A program made the translations under genes and the position numbers. Under the pieces are notes generated by a model. That model searched no databases. It was given only the letters and a program-made list of their open reading frames with translations, and had not been told where the DNA came from. DNA of 64,000 nucleotides from a virus (taxonomy: Duplodnaviria > Caudoviricetes), in the IMG/VR virus record IMGVR_UViG_3300021560_000015, positions 1-64,000 of that record; one strand, 5' to 3'. This document shows, piece after piece, positions 35,496 to 44,856 of the stretch. Each line of letters begins with the position of its first letter. Position 1 is the stretch's first letter.

Positions 35496-35881
35496 TCGCA
35501 CACCTCGATCTCATCCGCGACCTGCAGATAGGCCTTAGCGATGTCCTCCGCGCTGTTGCCGGGGAGTGTTGCGTCATTCCACTCCGGCACCGTCATGGGC
35601 CTGGGCAGGTTCGAGATCTGGCGCATCTTGCGCTGGAAGGATTCGACGATCATCTCCTCGCAGCGCGCTGCGTCAGGGCGGCTCAGACCACCCGCGTCGA
35701 CACCGCGCAGCGGGTTGAACCGCCAGCCCAGATCCTGCTCGGCCATCGCCAGCCGCAGCGCGCCGATCGCGCACACCCGGCCGGTGGCGCTGTCATAGAG
35801 CTCATGCTTGGTCTTGCCGCGGACTTGGATGATCTCGGCCGCACGTCTTGCGATTGCTGCGATCTGCTTGACGCCGATCAT
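35492..35881 (-). CDS. DUF6197-like protein, paralog B
   Basis: MIGVKQIAAIARRAAEII..RG...GRVCAIGAL, N-terminus nearly identical to paralog A. Confidence 0.6.
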   Translation of the reverse strand: MIGVKQIAAIARRAAEIIQVRGKTKHELYDSATGRVCAIGALRLAMAEQDLGWRFNPLRGVDAGGLSRPDAARCEEMIVESFQRKMRQISNLPRPMTVPEWNDATLPGNSAEDIAKAYLQVADEIEVCE

Positions 35882-35918
35882 TGAGCCTCCTGTAGCTCAT
35901 AGGTGGGTGTGGGCCAGG

Positions 35919-35949
35919 CCGGGGGGTGCTGGATAGGACCACCCCCCGG
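35919..35949. terminator. Intergenic GC-rich hairpin
   Basis: CCGGGGGGTG/CACCCCCCGG 10-bp stem; no clear U-tract. Confidence 0.4.
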
Positions 35950-35960
35950 ACTGGCAGCTC

Positions 35961-36227
35961 TTACTTCAGGTGAATGCGGTACAAGTTGCCTGCGTTCAGC
36001 GACTTGTTCCAGTTGAACACCGCCTGGGCCTGGGCCCGCACCGGCACACCGGTATAGGCCGAGAGCACCCGCTGCACCTTGTTGTCCTTGACAATGGCCA
36101 CTCGCATCGTGTGCGAGAGTTTGCTCGCCCAGATCTCCTCACTGACCTGCAGTTCGATCGGCACGAGCAGGGTGAAGACTGCAGTGTCGCCGAAGCGGCG
36201 GACCGGCACGTCCTTCATGGTTGGCAT
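35961..36227 (-). CDS. Hypothetical protein
   Basis: RBS GAGGAGG. Confidence 0.6.
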   Translation of the reverse strand: MPTMKDVPVRRFGDTAVFTLLVPIELQVSEEIWASKLSHTMRVAIVKDNKVQRVLSAYTGVPVRAQAQAVFNWNKSLNAGNLYRIHLK

Positions 36228-36238
36228 TGCTTACCTCC

Positions 36239-36739
36239 TCACTTCCGGGCTTGAGATCTCTTGATCCGTTCCCAGACCTTCTCGCCATGCTCGGTACGTA
36301 CGTGCGCGCCGTACCCCTGACCGAGCTGGGCCAGGAAGCCACACTGCTCGCACTCGATGGACTCGCCGGCCGGCGGAACCTGACGGCTCGCTTCGACCCG
36401 GTCAATGCCGTGAATGCTCACCATGTGGCCGATCGTTCCGGTCCGTCCGGTGCGCGGCTCGTGGCAGATCGGGCAGCGGAACTTGCCATAGGTGGGTGCT
36501 GGAGCAATGACCGCCGGCCGCAGGCCGAAGATCTCACCCTCGCTGAGCGTCCCGTATTGATTCAGGAACTCCTGGGTCAACTCGCCCAGCACCAGCTTCG
36601 TGGCGTGCTCGGTGCACAGGTCCAAGTCGTAGGGCTTTGAGTCATCCAGCGTGATCGTGACGCTGTAGGACGCTTCCACCTCACGACTGTCCATCACCCA
36701 GTCGACGCCGCAGAACTTCAACACGATGGGCCTACGCAC
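36239..36739 (-). CDS. Lsr2-like dimerisation domain fused to two C2H2 zinc fingers
   Basis: TITLDD..YDLDLCTEHA resembles Lsr2 N-domain; CPIC..H...H and CEQC..H...H. Confidence 0.55.
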   Translation of the reverse strand: MRRPIVLKFCGVDWVMDSREVEASYSVTITLDDSKPYDLDLCTEHATKLVLGELTQEFLNQYGTLSEGEIFGLRPAVIAPAPTYGKFRCPICHEPRTGRTGTIGHMVSIHGIDRVEASRQVPPAGESIECEQCGFLAQLGQGYGAHVRTEHGEKVWERIKRSQARK

Positions 36740-37151
36740 TTTCAGCACCGCCCATCGCGGCGTGCACAAGGTCGTAGATGTCGCCCTCGGCCTCGACCAC
36801 CGTGCGTGTTGCGAGCGCTGCCAATCGGACATAGTTCATGCCCTGCCGGTTGATCCGGCCAGCACCCGGCGGCATGTAGTAGTCCTTGTCCAGGATGGGT
36901 GTCCACTTCTTGAGGACCGCCCCGGTGCGTGGGTTGATGATGCGGTACTTGAACCCCTCGCATTCCTGGCAGCGCAGGATTTCGGACTCTTCCTTGCCGT
37001 TCGTGATGCCGGTGTAGAACTTCCATGAGTGCCACACCGAGCGACAGCGCAGCACTGCCGGCTCGGTTGCGGCCCAGTGGTCGATCTGCTGTTGCACCAC
37101 TCGCGCTGTTGCGTACTTCGGTTTTCTGACGTACTGCGTGGTAGCCACCAT
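36732..37151 (-). CDS. Hypothetical zinc-binding protein
   Basis: CRSVWHSW...CQEC; RBS AAAGGAAG. Confidence 0.6.
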   Translation of the reverse strand: MVATTQYVRKPKYATARVVQQQIDHWAATEPAVLRCRSVWHSWKFYTGITNGKEESEILRCQECEGFKYRIINPRTGAVLKKWTPILDKDYYMPPGAGRINRQGMNYVRLAALATRTVVEAEGDIYDLVHAAMGGAESA

Positions 37152-37166
37152 TCACTTCCTTTCCTA

Positions 37167-37646
37167 TTAGTGGTGGGTGGTGGGGAACCTGCCGAGGATC
37201 GGCAGGTCCTTGAATCCGTAGCCCGGATCGTTGGGCCAACGGTGTTCAAGATCTTCAAAGACCAACTGGAACGCCCGGATGTCTTCGCCGTAGAAGTAGC
37301 GCGCCAGGGTCAGGTCGGATAGGTCATCCGCCTCGATCAACATGCCGTGGTAGTCGTTCTGGAACTCGATCAGCACGCCGGGCGCGAACAGTTCGCCGCC
37401 AGCGGCCCGCTTGGCCAGGTCGTTGAGCGTGACCTTGCCGGACTCCAGGTTCAGCCCGTACTCGATGAACTCGGGCAGGCCCTTGTCCGCCAGCCCGACC
37501 GTGTAGCAGAACTCGTATCGCTGGTTTGGCTCGGTGTCCTGGGTGGGGAAGACGCCCTGCACCATCCAGCCGTAGTGGGCGATCAGTGTCAGGCACTCGG
37601 CGTTGTAAGCAGCTCGGCGGAGCTGCTTCTCCATCTCGTCCATCAC
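37167..37646 (-). CDS. DUF4262-like protein
   Basis: I..YGW.VQGV...F.YTVGL...GLPE.I.YGL. Confidence 0.7.
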   Translation of the reverse strand: MMDEMEKQLRRAAYNAECLTLIAHYGWMVQGVFPTQDTEPNQRYEFCYTVGLADKGLPEFIEYGLNLESGKVTLNDLAKRAAGGELFAPGVLIEFQNDYHGMLIEADDLSDLTLARYFYGEDIRAFQLVFEDLEHRWPNDPGYGFKDLPILGRFPTTHH

Positions 37647-37849
37647 AGATCAGCCGGCTTGCCGATACCCGGAAAGTTGTAGTCGCCGCTCAGCACGGCC
37701 GCGATCTCGGCAGCTTCCGCCTCCCGAAACTTCGGGTGCTCCCGTTCCTTTGTCTTGCAGTCCATGCAAATGGTGTCGGTATTGAAATAGCTGGTGGTGT
37801 AGATCCCTGTCTCGGTGTTGCACCGGTCGCAAATCATTAGCCGCTCCAT
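37643..37849 (-). CDS. Small zinc-finger protein
   Basis: CDRC...SYFNTDTICMDC. Confidence 0.65.
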   Translation of the reverse strand: MERLMICDRCNTETGIYTTSYFNTDTICMDCKTKEREHPKFREAEAAEIAAVLSGDYNFPGIGKPADL

Positions 37850-38067
37850 TCGCAGGTCTGACCAACCAGCGCGCGATTGTCAGACTCGATGACGGTGACG
37901 ATGTGGGTGGCTGCCATCGACCGCCCGTCCGGGGTGTTGTCCGGGTGGCCGTGCCCGCAACCAGTGAGCTCGAATGCCCTGTCCTGCCAGTCCTCTTCGT
38001 CGGGCAGGTCGAAGGTCTCCTCGCATTCATGGCCATCGGCGTACACGTTCTCGATCAGAATCTTCAT
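37837..38067 (-). CDS. Hypothetical protein
   Basis: RBS GGAGG; start reassigned to ATG 38067. Confidence 0.55.
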   Translation of the reverse strand: MKILIENVYADGHECEETFDLPDEEDWQDRAFELTGCGHGHPDNTPDGRSMAATHIVTVIESDNRALVGQTCEWSG

Positions 38068-38291
38068 GGCTTCCTCCGCTCTGGCTTGTAGAAGCCGCCC
38101 TGGTAGCGCCAATGGGCTTTCCAGCAGACCTCGCAGATGTCGTGGCCGCTGGTCCGTCGCCAGCCGGCGCTTCTGGCCAGGGCGAGGGCCTGCGCGGGCG
38201 TGCGGACACCGACGACCGGTAACTTGCTCCGGCCGCCGATGCCCACACACTCAGGTACCTCGCACACCACGATGAAGGTGTGCTCGATCAT
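38064..38291 (-). CDS. Small Cys-containing hypothetical protein
   Basis: CEVPEC...GW...DICEVC. Confidence 0.6.
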   Translation of the reverse strand: MIEHTFIVVCEVPECVGIGGRSKLPVVGVRTPAQALALARSAGWRRTSGHDICEVCWKAHWRYQGGFYKPERRKP

Positions 38292-38630
38292 CTAGAACGT
38301 CCGCTGCGGCTCAATGCTGAAGGTGATTGCGCCGGGCGCGCATATCCAGGTTCGATGGGCCTTGCCCCAGCCGTCGTAGCGGTTGATGAACTGCTGGGCC
38401 TCGAGCGGCAGGTCAGCCCAGTAGGTCAGGCCATCCCTGCCCCGCCATTGCGCCTGGGTGCCGCTGACCCGCACCTCGCGCATGCCGAGCGAGAGCAGCG
38501 CCTGCGCGATGGCGCAGCGCGCCCCGTTACCCGGAGTGCCGATGCGGATGTGCTGCTCCGTCACCTCCACGATGAGCAGCGGATCGGGGGGCAGCTGGGT
38601 GGTCTCGATCTCGGGCAGCACCGCAGTCAT
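38292..38630 (-). CDS. Hypothetical protein, paralog A
   Basis: LPPDPL.IVEVT...I..GTPG....CAIAQ shared with next gene. Confidence 0.65.
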   Translation of the reverse strand: MTAVLPEIETTQLPPDPLLIVEVTEQHIRIGTPGNGARCAIAQALLSLGMREVRVSGTQAQWRGRDGLTYWADLPLEAQQFINRYDGWGKAHRTWICAPGAITFSIEPQRTF

Positions 38631-38653
38631 TACTGATCCTTTCGAGAAGATGT

Positions 38654-39061
38654 TCATCCTTCGTTGACCCCCGCCTGCACCTCGAGGGTGAAGGTCAGCG
38701 GTTCCGGGCATTCGTAGTACTCGCTCTCGCAGCAGCCATCGCAGAAGTCGTCGGTGCAGTCGTCATAGTGGTCATCGCTGCCATCGTCGTTCTCGCCCCA
38801 CTTGTCGTAGGCACGGATGAACTCATCGGCCTCCGGCGGCAGGTTCGCCCAGTACCACTCGTTCTCCGTGGTGCGCCACTGGGCCTGAGTGGCCACCTGC
38901 ACGCTGTGGAATCCCTTGCGCAGCAGCACCTGCGCGATAGCACAGCTGCTCGCATCGCCGGGAGTGCCGTTCTCGATGTCGCTCTGGGTCACCTCGATGA
39001 CCATCAGGGGATCGGGCGGCAGCTCGGTGAGCGTGAGTTGCTCCGAGAGAGTGCTGGTCAT
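38654..39061 (-). CDS. Hypothetical protein, paralog B with acidic Cys-rich insert
   Basis: LPPDPL.VIEVT...I..GTPG....CAIAQ. Confidence 0.65.
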   Translation of the reverse strand: MTSTLSEQLTLTELPPDPLMVIEVTQSDIENGTPGDASSCAIAQVLLRKGFHSVQVATQAQWRTTENEWYWANLPPEADEFIRAYDKWGENDDGSDDHYDDCTDDFCDGCCESEYYECPEPLTFTLEVQAGVNEG

Positions 39062-39294
39062 TCCTTCTCCTCCTCGTCGTAGCGGCCGAGGCTGAACTCC
39101 AGCCCCTGCCGTAGTTCACTGATGTAGGGCTTGCGGCCCCATACCTCTTGGAATTCCTGTTCGATCTGGTCGAGAGCGCCGTCCAGAATGTCGGCCGGAC
39201 CATCGCCCCAGAACTCATCCCGCTCGCTGGCGTTGTCGCGTGGCCCCTGCATTTCGGCGATGCCGCCGTACTTGCCGGCGTTCCACCAACCCAT
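39058..39294 (-). CDS. Hypothetical protein
   Basis: Coupled ORF. Confidence 0.6.
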   Translation of the reverse strand: MGWWNAGKYGGIAEMQGPRDNASERDEFWGDGPADILDGALDQIEQEFQEVWGRKPYISELRQGLEFSLGRYDEEEKE

Positions 39295-39584
39295 CAGTCC
39301 TCCTCTTCAGGTACGTCATCGACCAGCTCGACGCTGGGCCAGTAATAGACCAGGCCCAGGCCCATCTGATCGCTGCGGACGGCATTGACGATCTCGGCGA
39401 ACTCGGTCAGCGGATGGTCCGGATCGAGCTCGACATCGTGGGTCAGCTCCTGCACAAAGCGGATGAGCTCGCCCATCGAGTGGACGTTGATCGCTAGGCA
39501 CGTCTTCCCGTACATGAAGCGGCCGCTATAGCTGTAGGGCTTCACATCGAACTCGTCGAAGTCAGCTCGTCTGACTTGCAGCAC
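39294..39584 (-). CDS. Hypothetical protein
   Basis: RBS GGAAGGAGG; YSYSGRFMYGKTCL. Confidence 0.65.
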   Translation of the reverse strand: MLQVRRADFDEFDVKPYSYSGRFMYGKTCLAINVHSMGELIRFVQELTHDVELDPDHPLTEFAEIVNAVRSDQMGLGLVYYWPSVELVDDVPEEED

Positions 39585-39617
39585 GGCAGAACCTCCTTCC
39601 CTGGGGGTGGGTGTGGG

Positions 39618-39908
39618 TCACAGCCAGCCGTTGACGGTGGCTGCGTTGTTCAGCGCGCAGTCGGTGGCGAAGGCGTCCAGGAAGGCGATCGCGCCCTCGT
39701 AGTTGCCCCAGCCGTTGGGTGGGTTCATCGCGCGGTACTTGTCCGGATGCCGGCGTAGCTCATCAGCCACGCTGGTGAGCATTCCTCCGGTCTCAGTGGC
39801 CGGTGCGCCGATCAGCTCCTTCCAGCCGGGGAAACCCGCTGCCCGGAGCATTGGGCCCAAATTGTAGGTAACGTTGTGGTTGTTACCGAGATGTAGCGGT
39901 TCAGGCAT
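39618..39908 (-). CDS. Hypothetical phage protein
   Basis: TYNLGPM...[12 protein letters not shown]. Confidence 0.65.
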   Translation of the reverse strand: MPEPLHLGNNHNVTYNLGPMLRAAGFPGWKELIGAPATETGGMLTSVADELRRHPDKYRAMNPPNGWGNYEGAIAFLDAFATDCALNNAATVNGWL

Positions 39909-40329
39909 CCCCGGCAGTTTGATCTCTAGCCAATAATCTGCGCTGATCGGACCGCTCCTTCCTTACGCGACGTTCCCGCTCTGCATCGCATCTCCGACAC
40001 TTCCGTGTCCCGTTCGGGCGGATGCGTGTGTTCTCGAAGCTGAACTCGTGTCCACGTTTGCAGTGGGTCTTGCCCCTGTTCCCGTTGCGTTGCCGGCCCT
40101 TGGCGGCCATGTCGGCGCTGTTGTCTGCCGCAGTGCCGAGGAACAGGTGCTCCGGGTTGACGCAGGGCGGGTTGTCACAGCGGTGCAGAACCCGCATCCC
40201 ATCGGGGATGGGGCCATGCACCGCTGCCCAGGCCAGTCGATGGGCGTACTGCATCCGGCCCTCGGAGTACTTCTGGCCGTAGCCGCGGGGCATCCGATAG
40301 CCATCGAACTCGATGCAGTCAGCGCTCAC
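39901..40329 (-). CDS. HNH homing-type endonuclease
   Basis: AHRLAW...[24 protein letters not shown]; [10 protein letters not shown]. Confidence 0.9.
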   Translation of the reverse strand: MSADCIEFDGYRMPRGYGQKYSEGRMQYAHRLAWAAVHGPIPDGMRVLHRCDNPPCVNPEHLFLGTAADNSADMAAKGRQRNGNRGKTHCKRGHEFSFENTRIRPNGTRKCRRCDAERERRVRKERSDQRRLLARDQTAGDA

Positions 40330-40592
40330 TTGACCGGCGCCCTACTCGCTGCCACACCCAGCTCGGTGAGCCGGTAGTGGACGAGTTGGTGTACCGCGGC
40401 ACGCCGGTCGGACTTGTAGAGCTTGGTGCGCTCCACCAGCTCGTGTTCGATCAGCGTGGCGGCCACCTGATGAATGCGGGACACAGTGGCCGGGCTGCGA
40501 TCGTCGTACAACCGCTCTGCTAGCTCCAGGCCGGTGCGGTACTCCCGGTCCATCACCGAGAGCAGGTTGACCTGTCTAGCGGTCAGGCTCAT
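40326..40592 (-). CDS. Winged-helix protein
   Basis: LTARQ..LL...ELAERL...L..HELV...YRLTELG. Confidence 0.55.
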   Translation of the reverse strand: MSLTARQVNLLSVMDREYRTGLELAERLYDDRSPATVSRIHQVAATLIEHELVERTKLYKSDRRAAVHQLVHYRLTELGVAASRAPVK

Positions 40593-40719
40593 AGTCAGGC
40601 TCCCTGTCCTCCTCTGACGGTGGTTCCTCGTCCTCCTCAGCCGGCTCGTCGTCGAACTGATGAGCGGCCTCGAACACGGTCTGATATGCGTACCGCGCGC
40701 CGATGTCATAGGGCTGCAT
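40576..40719 (-). CDS. Small acidic hypothetical protein
   Basis: RBS GAGAGGAG before ATG 40719. Confidence 0.5.
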   Translation of the reverse strand: MQPYDIGARYAYQTVFEAAHQFDDEPAEEDEEPPSEEDREPDYEPDR

Positions 40720-40777
40720 GCCACTCCTCTCCCAGGGGCACTCCGCACCCGGAGCATACGGAGTGCCCCCGACAACG

Positions 40778-40839
40778 AAAAACCCCGCTGCCATCAGGCA
40801 ACGGGGCACAAAAAATGTGCCGAGTAGACACCCGGCACA
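40778..40839 (-). terminator. Two tandem intrinsic terminators
   Basis: Hairpin 40816-40839 plus U6, and hairpin 40783-40806 plus U5 on the minus strand. Confidence 0.7.
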
Positions 40840-40945
40840 AGGGGGAAATAGGAAGCACTTCCCTGTGGTCAGTCGCTCCGGCACTCTTCACATTCACTGC
40901 GGGTGCTATTCCGAAACGAACTGGGTACGTCCTGTAATAGAACGT
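40810..40945 (-). ncRNA. Candidate small RNA
   Basis: Apparently non-coding stretch bounded by a consensus promoter and a terminator. Confidence 0.4.
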
Positions 40946-40951
40946 ACGTTT

Positions 40952-40980
40952 ATTATATCAGCCGACCTCCTCGAAGTCGA
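40952..40980 (-). promoter_or_regulatory. SigA-type promoter
   Basis: TCGACT-17 bp-TATAAT on minus strand. Confidence 0.65.
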
Positions 40981-41170
40981 TCGTGGAGAGGTCGATGTCA
41001 GCCAGGCAACCTCGGCACTGGACGGTGAAGTCCTCCGCGTCCATTCCGTCATACGTTTTGACGAATCGGTACCCCACCGAGATCACCGTGCCGTTCTCAT
41101 CGGTCTCGCATTCCGCGGCCACGTAGACGCAGGTGTCTGTGTAGTCCTTCGTGACCTCGATCTCGGCCAT
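40958..41170 (-). CDS. Small acidic CxxC protein
   Basis: MAEIEVTKDY...VQCRGC; start reassigned. Confidence 0.5.
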   Translation of the reverse strand: MAEIEVTKDYTDTCVYVAAECETDENGTVISVGYRFVKTYDGMDAEDFTVQCRGCLADIDLSTIDFEEVG

Positions 41171-41219
41171 GCAGCACGAGCTGCGTGGACCTTCTGACGT
41201 GCAAACAACCGTGGAGGCT

Positions 41220-41711
41220 TCAGCCACTCGCAGCGGCCCTCCTGGTTTCCCAGCCCCGTTTGGCAGCAGCGGACCGTCTGGCCTTCTTCTGGTCCTCGAC
41301 CCACTGGATGTGCTCTGCGCGCATCTCGTCGATGATGGTGTCGACCTCTTTGTGCAGCACCTCTTCCTCGATCTCATAGAGCTGCGCGGCGATCCGGTAG
41401 AGGGCCTTCTTGGTGTTGCCGGCCCCGAACAGCGCGTGCCCGGTGCGCTCGGGCAGGCCGAGCAGTTCGATCGCGTGGCCGTCGTAGTCCTTGTCCTGGA
41501 ACTCGGGCAGCAGCAGGCCCAGGTGGTTGGTCATGCCGTGCATCTGGCAGGCCCAGCCGGCGATACAGCCGGCGGTGCCGCAGGTGCTGTTGTACTTGCG
41601 CTGCATCCAGTTGCCCTGTTCCCAGTCCTGCGGGTACATGGTGATGTGCGCCATGATCTGGGCAAACAGCTCCCGCCCGGTGGGTACCGGAGCTTCGGTG
41701 GGTGTGGTCAT
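41220..41711 (-). CDS. Hypothetical protein (W.Q..W...C.T..CIAGWA family)
   Basis: Shares motif with 42856-43434. Confidence 0.65.
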   Translation of the reverse strand: MTTPTEAPVPTGRELFAQIMAHITMYPQDWEQGNWMQRKYNSTCGTAGCIAGWACQMHGMTNHLGLLLPEFQDKDYDGHAIELLGLPERTGHALFGAGNTKKALYRIAAQLYEIEEEVLHKEVDTIIDEMRAEHIQWVEDQKKARRSAAAKRGWETRRAAASG

Positions 41712-41720
41712 TCGCTCCTC

Positions 41721-42572
41721 CTAGATGTGGCAATCGCAGTTGGTGAGCATTTCGTCATCGAGTGAGTCGTAGACCGCGGACACGTGGGCAGCCCAGGCAT
41801 CCGGATCCATGTCGTTGTGCGACATACCGAACCAGCCCATCTGGCCGGACTCATGCCACTCGCCGTCCTTGACGTAGGCGAACGGGACGCCGACGTGCAG
41901 CATCTGGCCGGTGATGTAGGACTCGCGCGGGTTCTCCTCGTCCAGGCACCACATCTCATGCACCTCCTGCATCCACGGCATGAACCCCTCCTCGCCGGCC
42001 AACGCCTTGATGTAGGGGTGCTCGTGGTACTCCGCACGCGCCCTGGCCAACGCCTCCTCGCGTGGCATATCCACCTCGTAGCGCTCCACCCAGCTGCTGA
42101 ATCGGCCGGGATGGGGCAGCCCTTTGGTGATCCGCTCGAGCGTGTCGTACTGCACGGTCGCCGCAGTGCGCGCCAGGAAGCGCTGGCCGAGCAGATCCCA
42201 GTCCTGTTTGAGGATCTGATCGACGTGGCTGCCGTCGATATGCAAGAAGAAGCCCTCCCAGCGGCCTCCGATCACCCACCAATCCCACTTCGATAAGGGG
42301 TTGTAGGTGGAGCGGTACTCCAGCTCGCCCACCTCGCTGACCCGGTAGTCCTCCGACTCGGCCCAGCCGTCCCTGATGGCTGCAGCCAGCGTGGTGCGCA
42401 TGTCAGCATCGGCCGGCACCGCATTCTTCTCGCGCAGCTGGTTGAAGATGTACCACTCGTCCGGCGAGCCAGCCTCGTGGCGCCAGTAGGGCTCGACACT
42501 CGTGTTCTCGTCATACGGTTCCAGCTGGCCATCGACATCATTGCCGATGACCACCACGGTGAAGTGGCTCAA
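41721..42572 (-). CDS. Trp-rich hypothetical phage protein
   Basis: SHFTVVVIG...L.PYDE; YNPLSKWDWWVIGGRW. Confidence 0.7.
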   Translation of the reverse strand: MSHFTVVVIGNDVDGQLEPYDENTSVEPYWRHEAGSPDEWYIFNQLREKNAVPADADMRTTLAAAIRDGWAESEDYRVSEVGELEYRSTYNPLSKWDWWVIGGRWEGFFLHIDGSHVDQILKQDWDLLGQRFLARTAATVQYDTLERITKGLPHPGRFSSWVERYEVDMPREEALARARAEYHEHPYIKALAGEEGFMPWMQEVHEMWCLDEENPRESYITGQMLHVGVPFAYVKDGEWHESGQMGWFGMSHNDMDPDAWAAHVSAVYDSLDDEMLTNCDCHI

Positions 42573-42575
42573 CTT

Positions 42576-42779
42576 TCAACGCCTCCTCGGCAGCCGCATC
42601 ACATCGGGCAGCCCGAACTCACGTTTGGCCTGTTCGGCGGTGTAGCCCTTATCGCAGTACAGCCGATCGCCACAGCGCGGGCGCTTGTTCTTGAACTGGG
42701 TCTTGCAGATCGGACACCAGCCCTCAGTAATCAGATTGAGGGCCTCGCGCTGGATATCGGTCAGCTCGGTCAGTTCCAT
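42576..42779 (-). CDS. Small Cys-rich hypothetical protein
   Basis: CPIC...C....C; RBS GGAG. Confidence 0.5.
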   Translation of the reverse strand: MELTELTDIQREALNLITEGWCPICKTQFKNKRPRCGDRLYCDKGYTAEQAKREFGLPDVMRLPRRR

Positions 42780-42855
42780 ACGCACTCCTGGGGATGGGAG
42801 TAGGGGCACCGGCGCTGGTCCGGAAGGGGAAAACAGCGCCGGTGCCCGGTCTGAG

Positions 42856-43434
42856 TTAGCTGATTGCGGCCTTCTCTGCCTTCAGCCGCTTGGTCAGCTC
42901 CCGGCGATCGCGTCGGATCTCCGTGGTCCGCGTGTCGACTAGGTGGTACAGCTCATCCACGTCGATGTTGAACAGGACGGCACCGATCTCATAGACATCG
43001 GATTTGTCGTTGTTGCCGTGGAACAGATCCCGATCGTCCATCCACTGACTGGGGATCTCGAACAGCTCGCAAGCCAAATCGGAGGCGCTGTGGACCGTGC
43101 CCTGATACTCGACCGTGGTGCCCTCCATCTCGAGCCAGGCGGTCTCGTCATCGTCGTCGGTATAGACATGCCCGCACCAGCGCTGCTGCGCGCCGGAGAG
43201 CAAGCAGGCCCAGCCGGCGATGCATGCCTTGGTCTTGCAGCTGGGGCCCAGTCCGACCATCGACTCGAGGACATCGTTGTTCAGGGTGAAGTCCTGGGCC
43301 GCTCGAGCCTGCTCGGGCAGCTTGGCGGCCGGCACCATCACCTGCGGTGCCTCGAACCAGACCGATTGCTTCCAGGCACTGGGTTCCAGTTCGACATGCG
43401 CGAGCACTTCGACCAGCAGTTCGGTATTGGCCAC
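42856..43434 (-). CDS. Hypothetical protein (paralog of 41220-41711)
   Basis: WKQSVW...CKTKACIAGWAC; start reassigned to GTG after GGAAGGAG. Confidence 0.65.
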   Translation of the reverse strand: MANTELLVEVLAHVELEPSAWKQSVWFEAPQVMVPAAKLPEQARAAQDFTLNNDVLESMVGLGPSCKTKACIAGWACLLSGAQQRWCGHVYTDDDDETAWLEMEGTTVEYQGTVHSASDLACELFEIPSQWMDDRDLFHGNNDKSDVYEIGAVLFNIDVDELYHLVDTRTTEIRRDRRELTKRLKAEKAAIS

Positions 43435-43535
43435 AGTGGCCAACTCCTTCCGGTTAGGGGGATTGGGTGGGTGTGGAAAAGCAGAAGGCCGGCACTCGCT
43501 CCCCCTCAACGAGTGTCGGCCTCCGGTCTACGGGG

Positions 43536-44600
43536 TTACCTCACACGCAATAGCTCGTACGCCTTGTTCTTCACGGCTACAGTCTTGCCGCCGACGACCA
43601 CGGTGCCGCCGCCGTTGATGGTGCGGATCGCCCTGGCCTTGGCCTTGGACTCGAGATTGGCCTGGGTGCCACCGGAGGGCGCCACATGATCCTGGTACTC
43701 AGCGATCGCGTTGTAGGCACCCCAGCGGGTGAACCGGATGTTCTCCTGGGTCTCGGCGAACACAAACAGCTGCTTGAGCACACCGCGCCGGCTGCTCCAG
43801 TGCTCCATCGCTCGCTCGTGCCGCTTCAGATCATCGGGCAGGTTGGACTCTGGCTGCGGCTGCACCCAGATCTCGTCGCACACCTTGCGGAACTCGTCCA
43901 GGTCCATCTCTTCCTGGATCAGCTTCTCTGCCTCGGCCTGGAACAGTGCGTCGTAATTGAACGCCAGGCGTAGCGCCTCCCGTGCCTGATCGTGGCGTAC
44001 CTCGATCGCGGCGGAATGGCGAAAGCTGAATCGGGCCGATTCCATACCCCAGTCCACCGTGTTCTTGCACACCGGCCTGATGTTGGTCACGAAGCAGACG
44101 TTCGCGCCGGTCACATGGTTGACCATGTAGACCAGGTACATCTTGATCCCATCGCGGCCACCCACCGTGAAGTCCTTCAGGTGGATGGACACGAAGGTGC
44201 GTGCGCCGTTCTCGATGGAGCCGGCGGTCTCGTACTCGGCAGCACCGAAGGTCTGGGTTACTTCACCCAGGAAACCCACGGCCTGCTCGTTCTGGAACGG
44301 CATCCAGGTGCGCCCGACAATGCCACCGGGATCGCCCATGATCTCGGGCTCGCCGGTGAATGGGTTGTCCCGGATGACCACGAACTGACCCGGCACCTCG
44401 ACCAGCGTGCCGTCGTCCAGTCGCATGTGAACCGGCATCTTGCGCACGTTCCAGCCGCGCAAGTGCGCAAGATCCAGCACCTCGTCCGCGCTCAGACTGC
44501 CCGGCATCACGGTGCCGAGCACATGCCAAGCGCTGATGTTCTGACCCGAGACGAACGAATACTCGCCAGTCTCAGGGTTCTGCTCGAGCTCGTGACCCAT
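43536..44600 (-). CDS. DUF932 domain protein
   Basis: AWH.LGTV...QNEQ...YETAGS...G.RTF...VRPVC.NT...RH...TRWGAYNAIAEY.DH. Confidence 0.85.
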   Translation of the reverse strand: MGHELEQNPETGEYSFVSGQNISAWHVLGTVMPGSLSADEVLDLAHLRGWNVRKMPVHMRLDDGTLVEVPGQFVVIRDNPFTGEPEIMGDPGGIVGRTWMPFQNEQAVGFLGEVTQTFGAAEYETAGSIENGARTFVSIHLKDFTVGGRDGIKMYLVYMVNHVTGANVCFVTNIRPVCKNTVDWGMESARFSFRHSAAIEVRHDQAREALRLAFNYDALFQAEAEKLIQEEMDLDEFRKVCDEIWVQPQPESNLPDDLKRHERAMEHWSSRRGVLKQLFVFAETQENIRFTRWGAYNAIAEYQDHVAPSGGTQANLESKAKARAIRTINGGGTVVVGGKTVAVKNKAYELLRVR

Positions 44601-44856
44601 CGTCTTGCTCCTCCTCGGGGGCGGGTGTGAGGGGTTCGGACATGGTTGGTGTACTACGCAGCACTGACGACCACTGGTTGGCCCACATGCTGTCGTGGAT
44701 CACGCTGGCGGCGGCCGTGGCCAGCTGAGCATGCACGCCGGCCATTGCTATCAGTCGGTCCGCGGTGGGTCGGGCATTCTCCTCACCGGTGGCCAGCAGC
44801 GAGGCTGCCGTGTTGATGTAGTCCTCGGACATCAAATAGTGCTCGGGACCGTTCAA
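44572..44856 (-). CDS. Hypothetical protein
   Basis: TTG start after GAGGAGG; GPEHY...A..LL. Confidence 0.55.
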   Translation of the reverse strand: MNGPEHYLMSEDYINTAASLLATGEENARPTADRLIAMAGVHAQLATAAASVIHDSMWANQWSSVLRSTPTMSEPLTPAPEEEQDDGSRARAEP

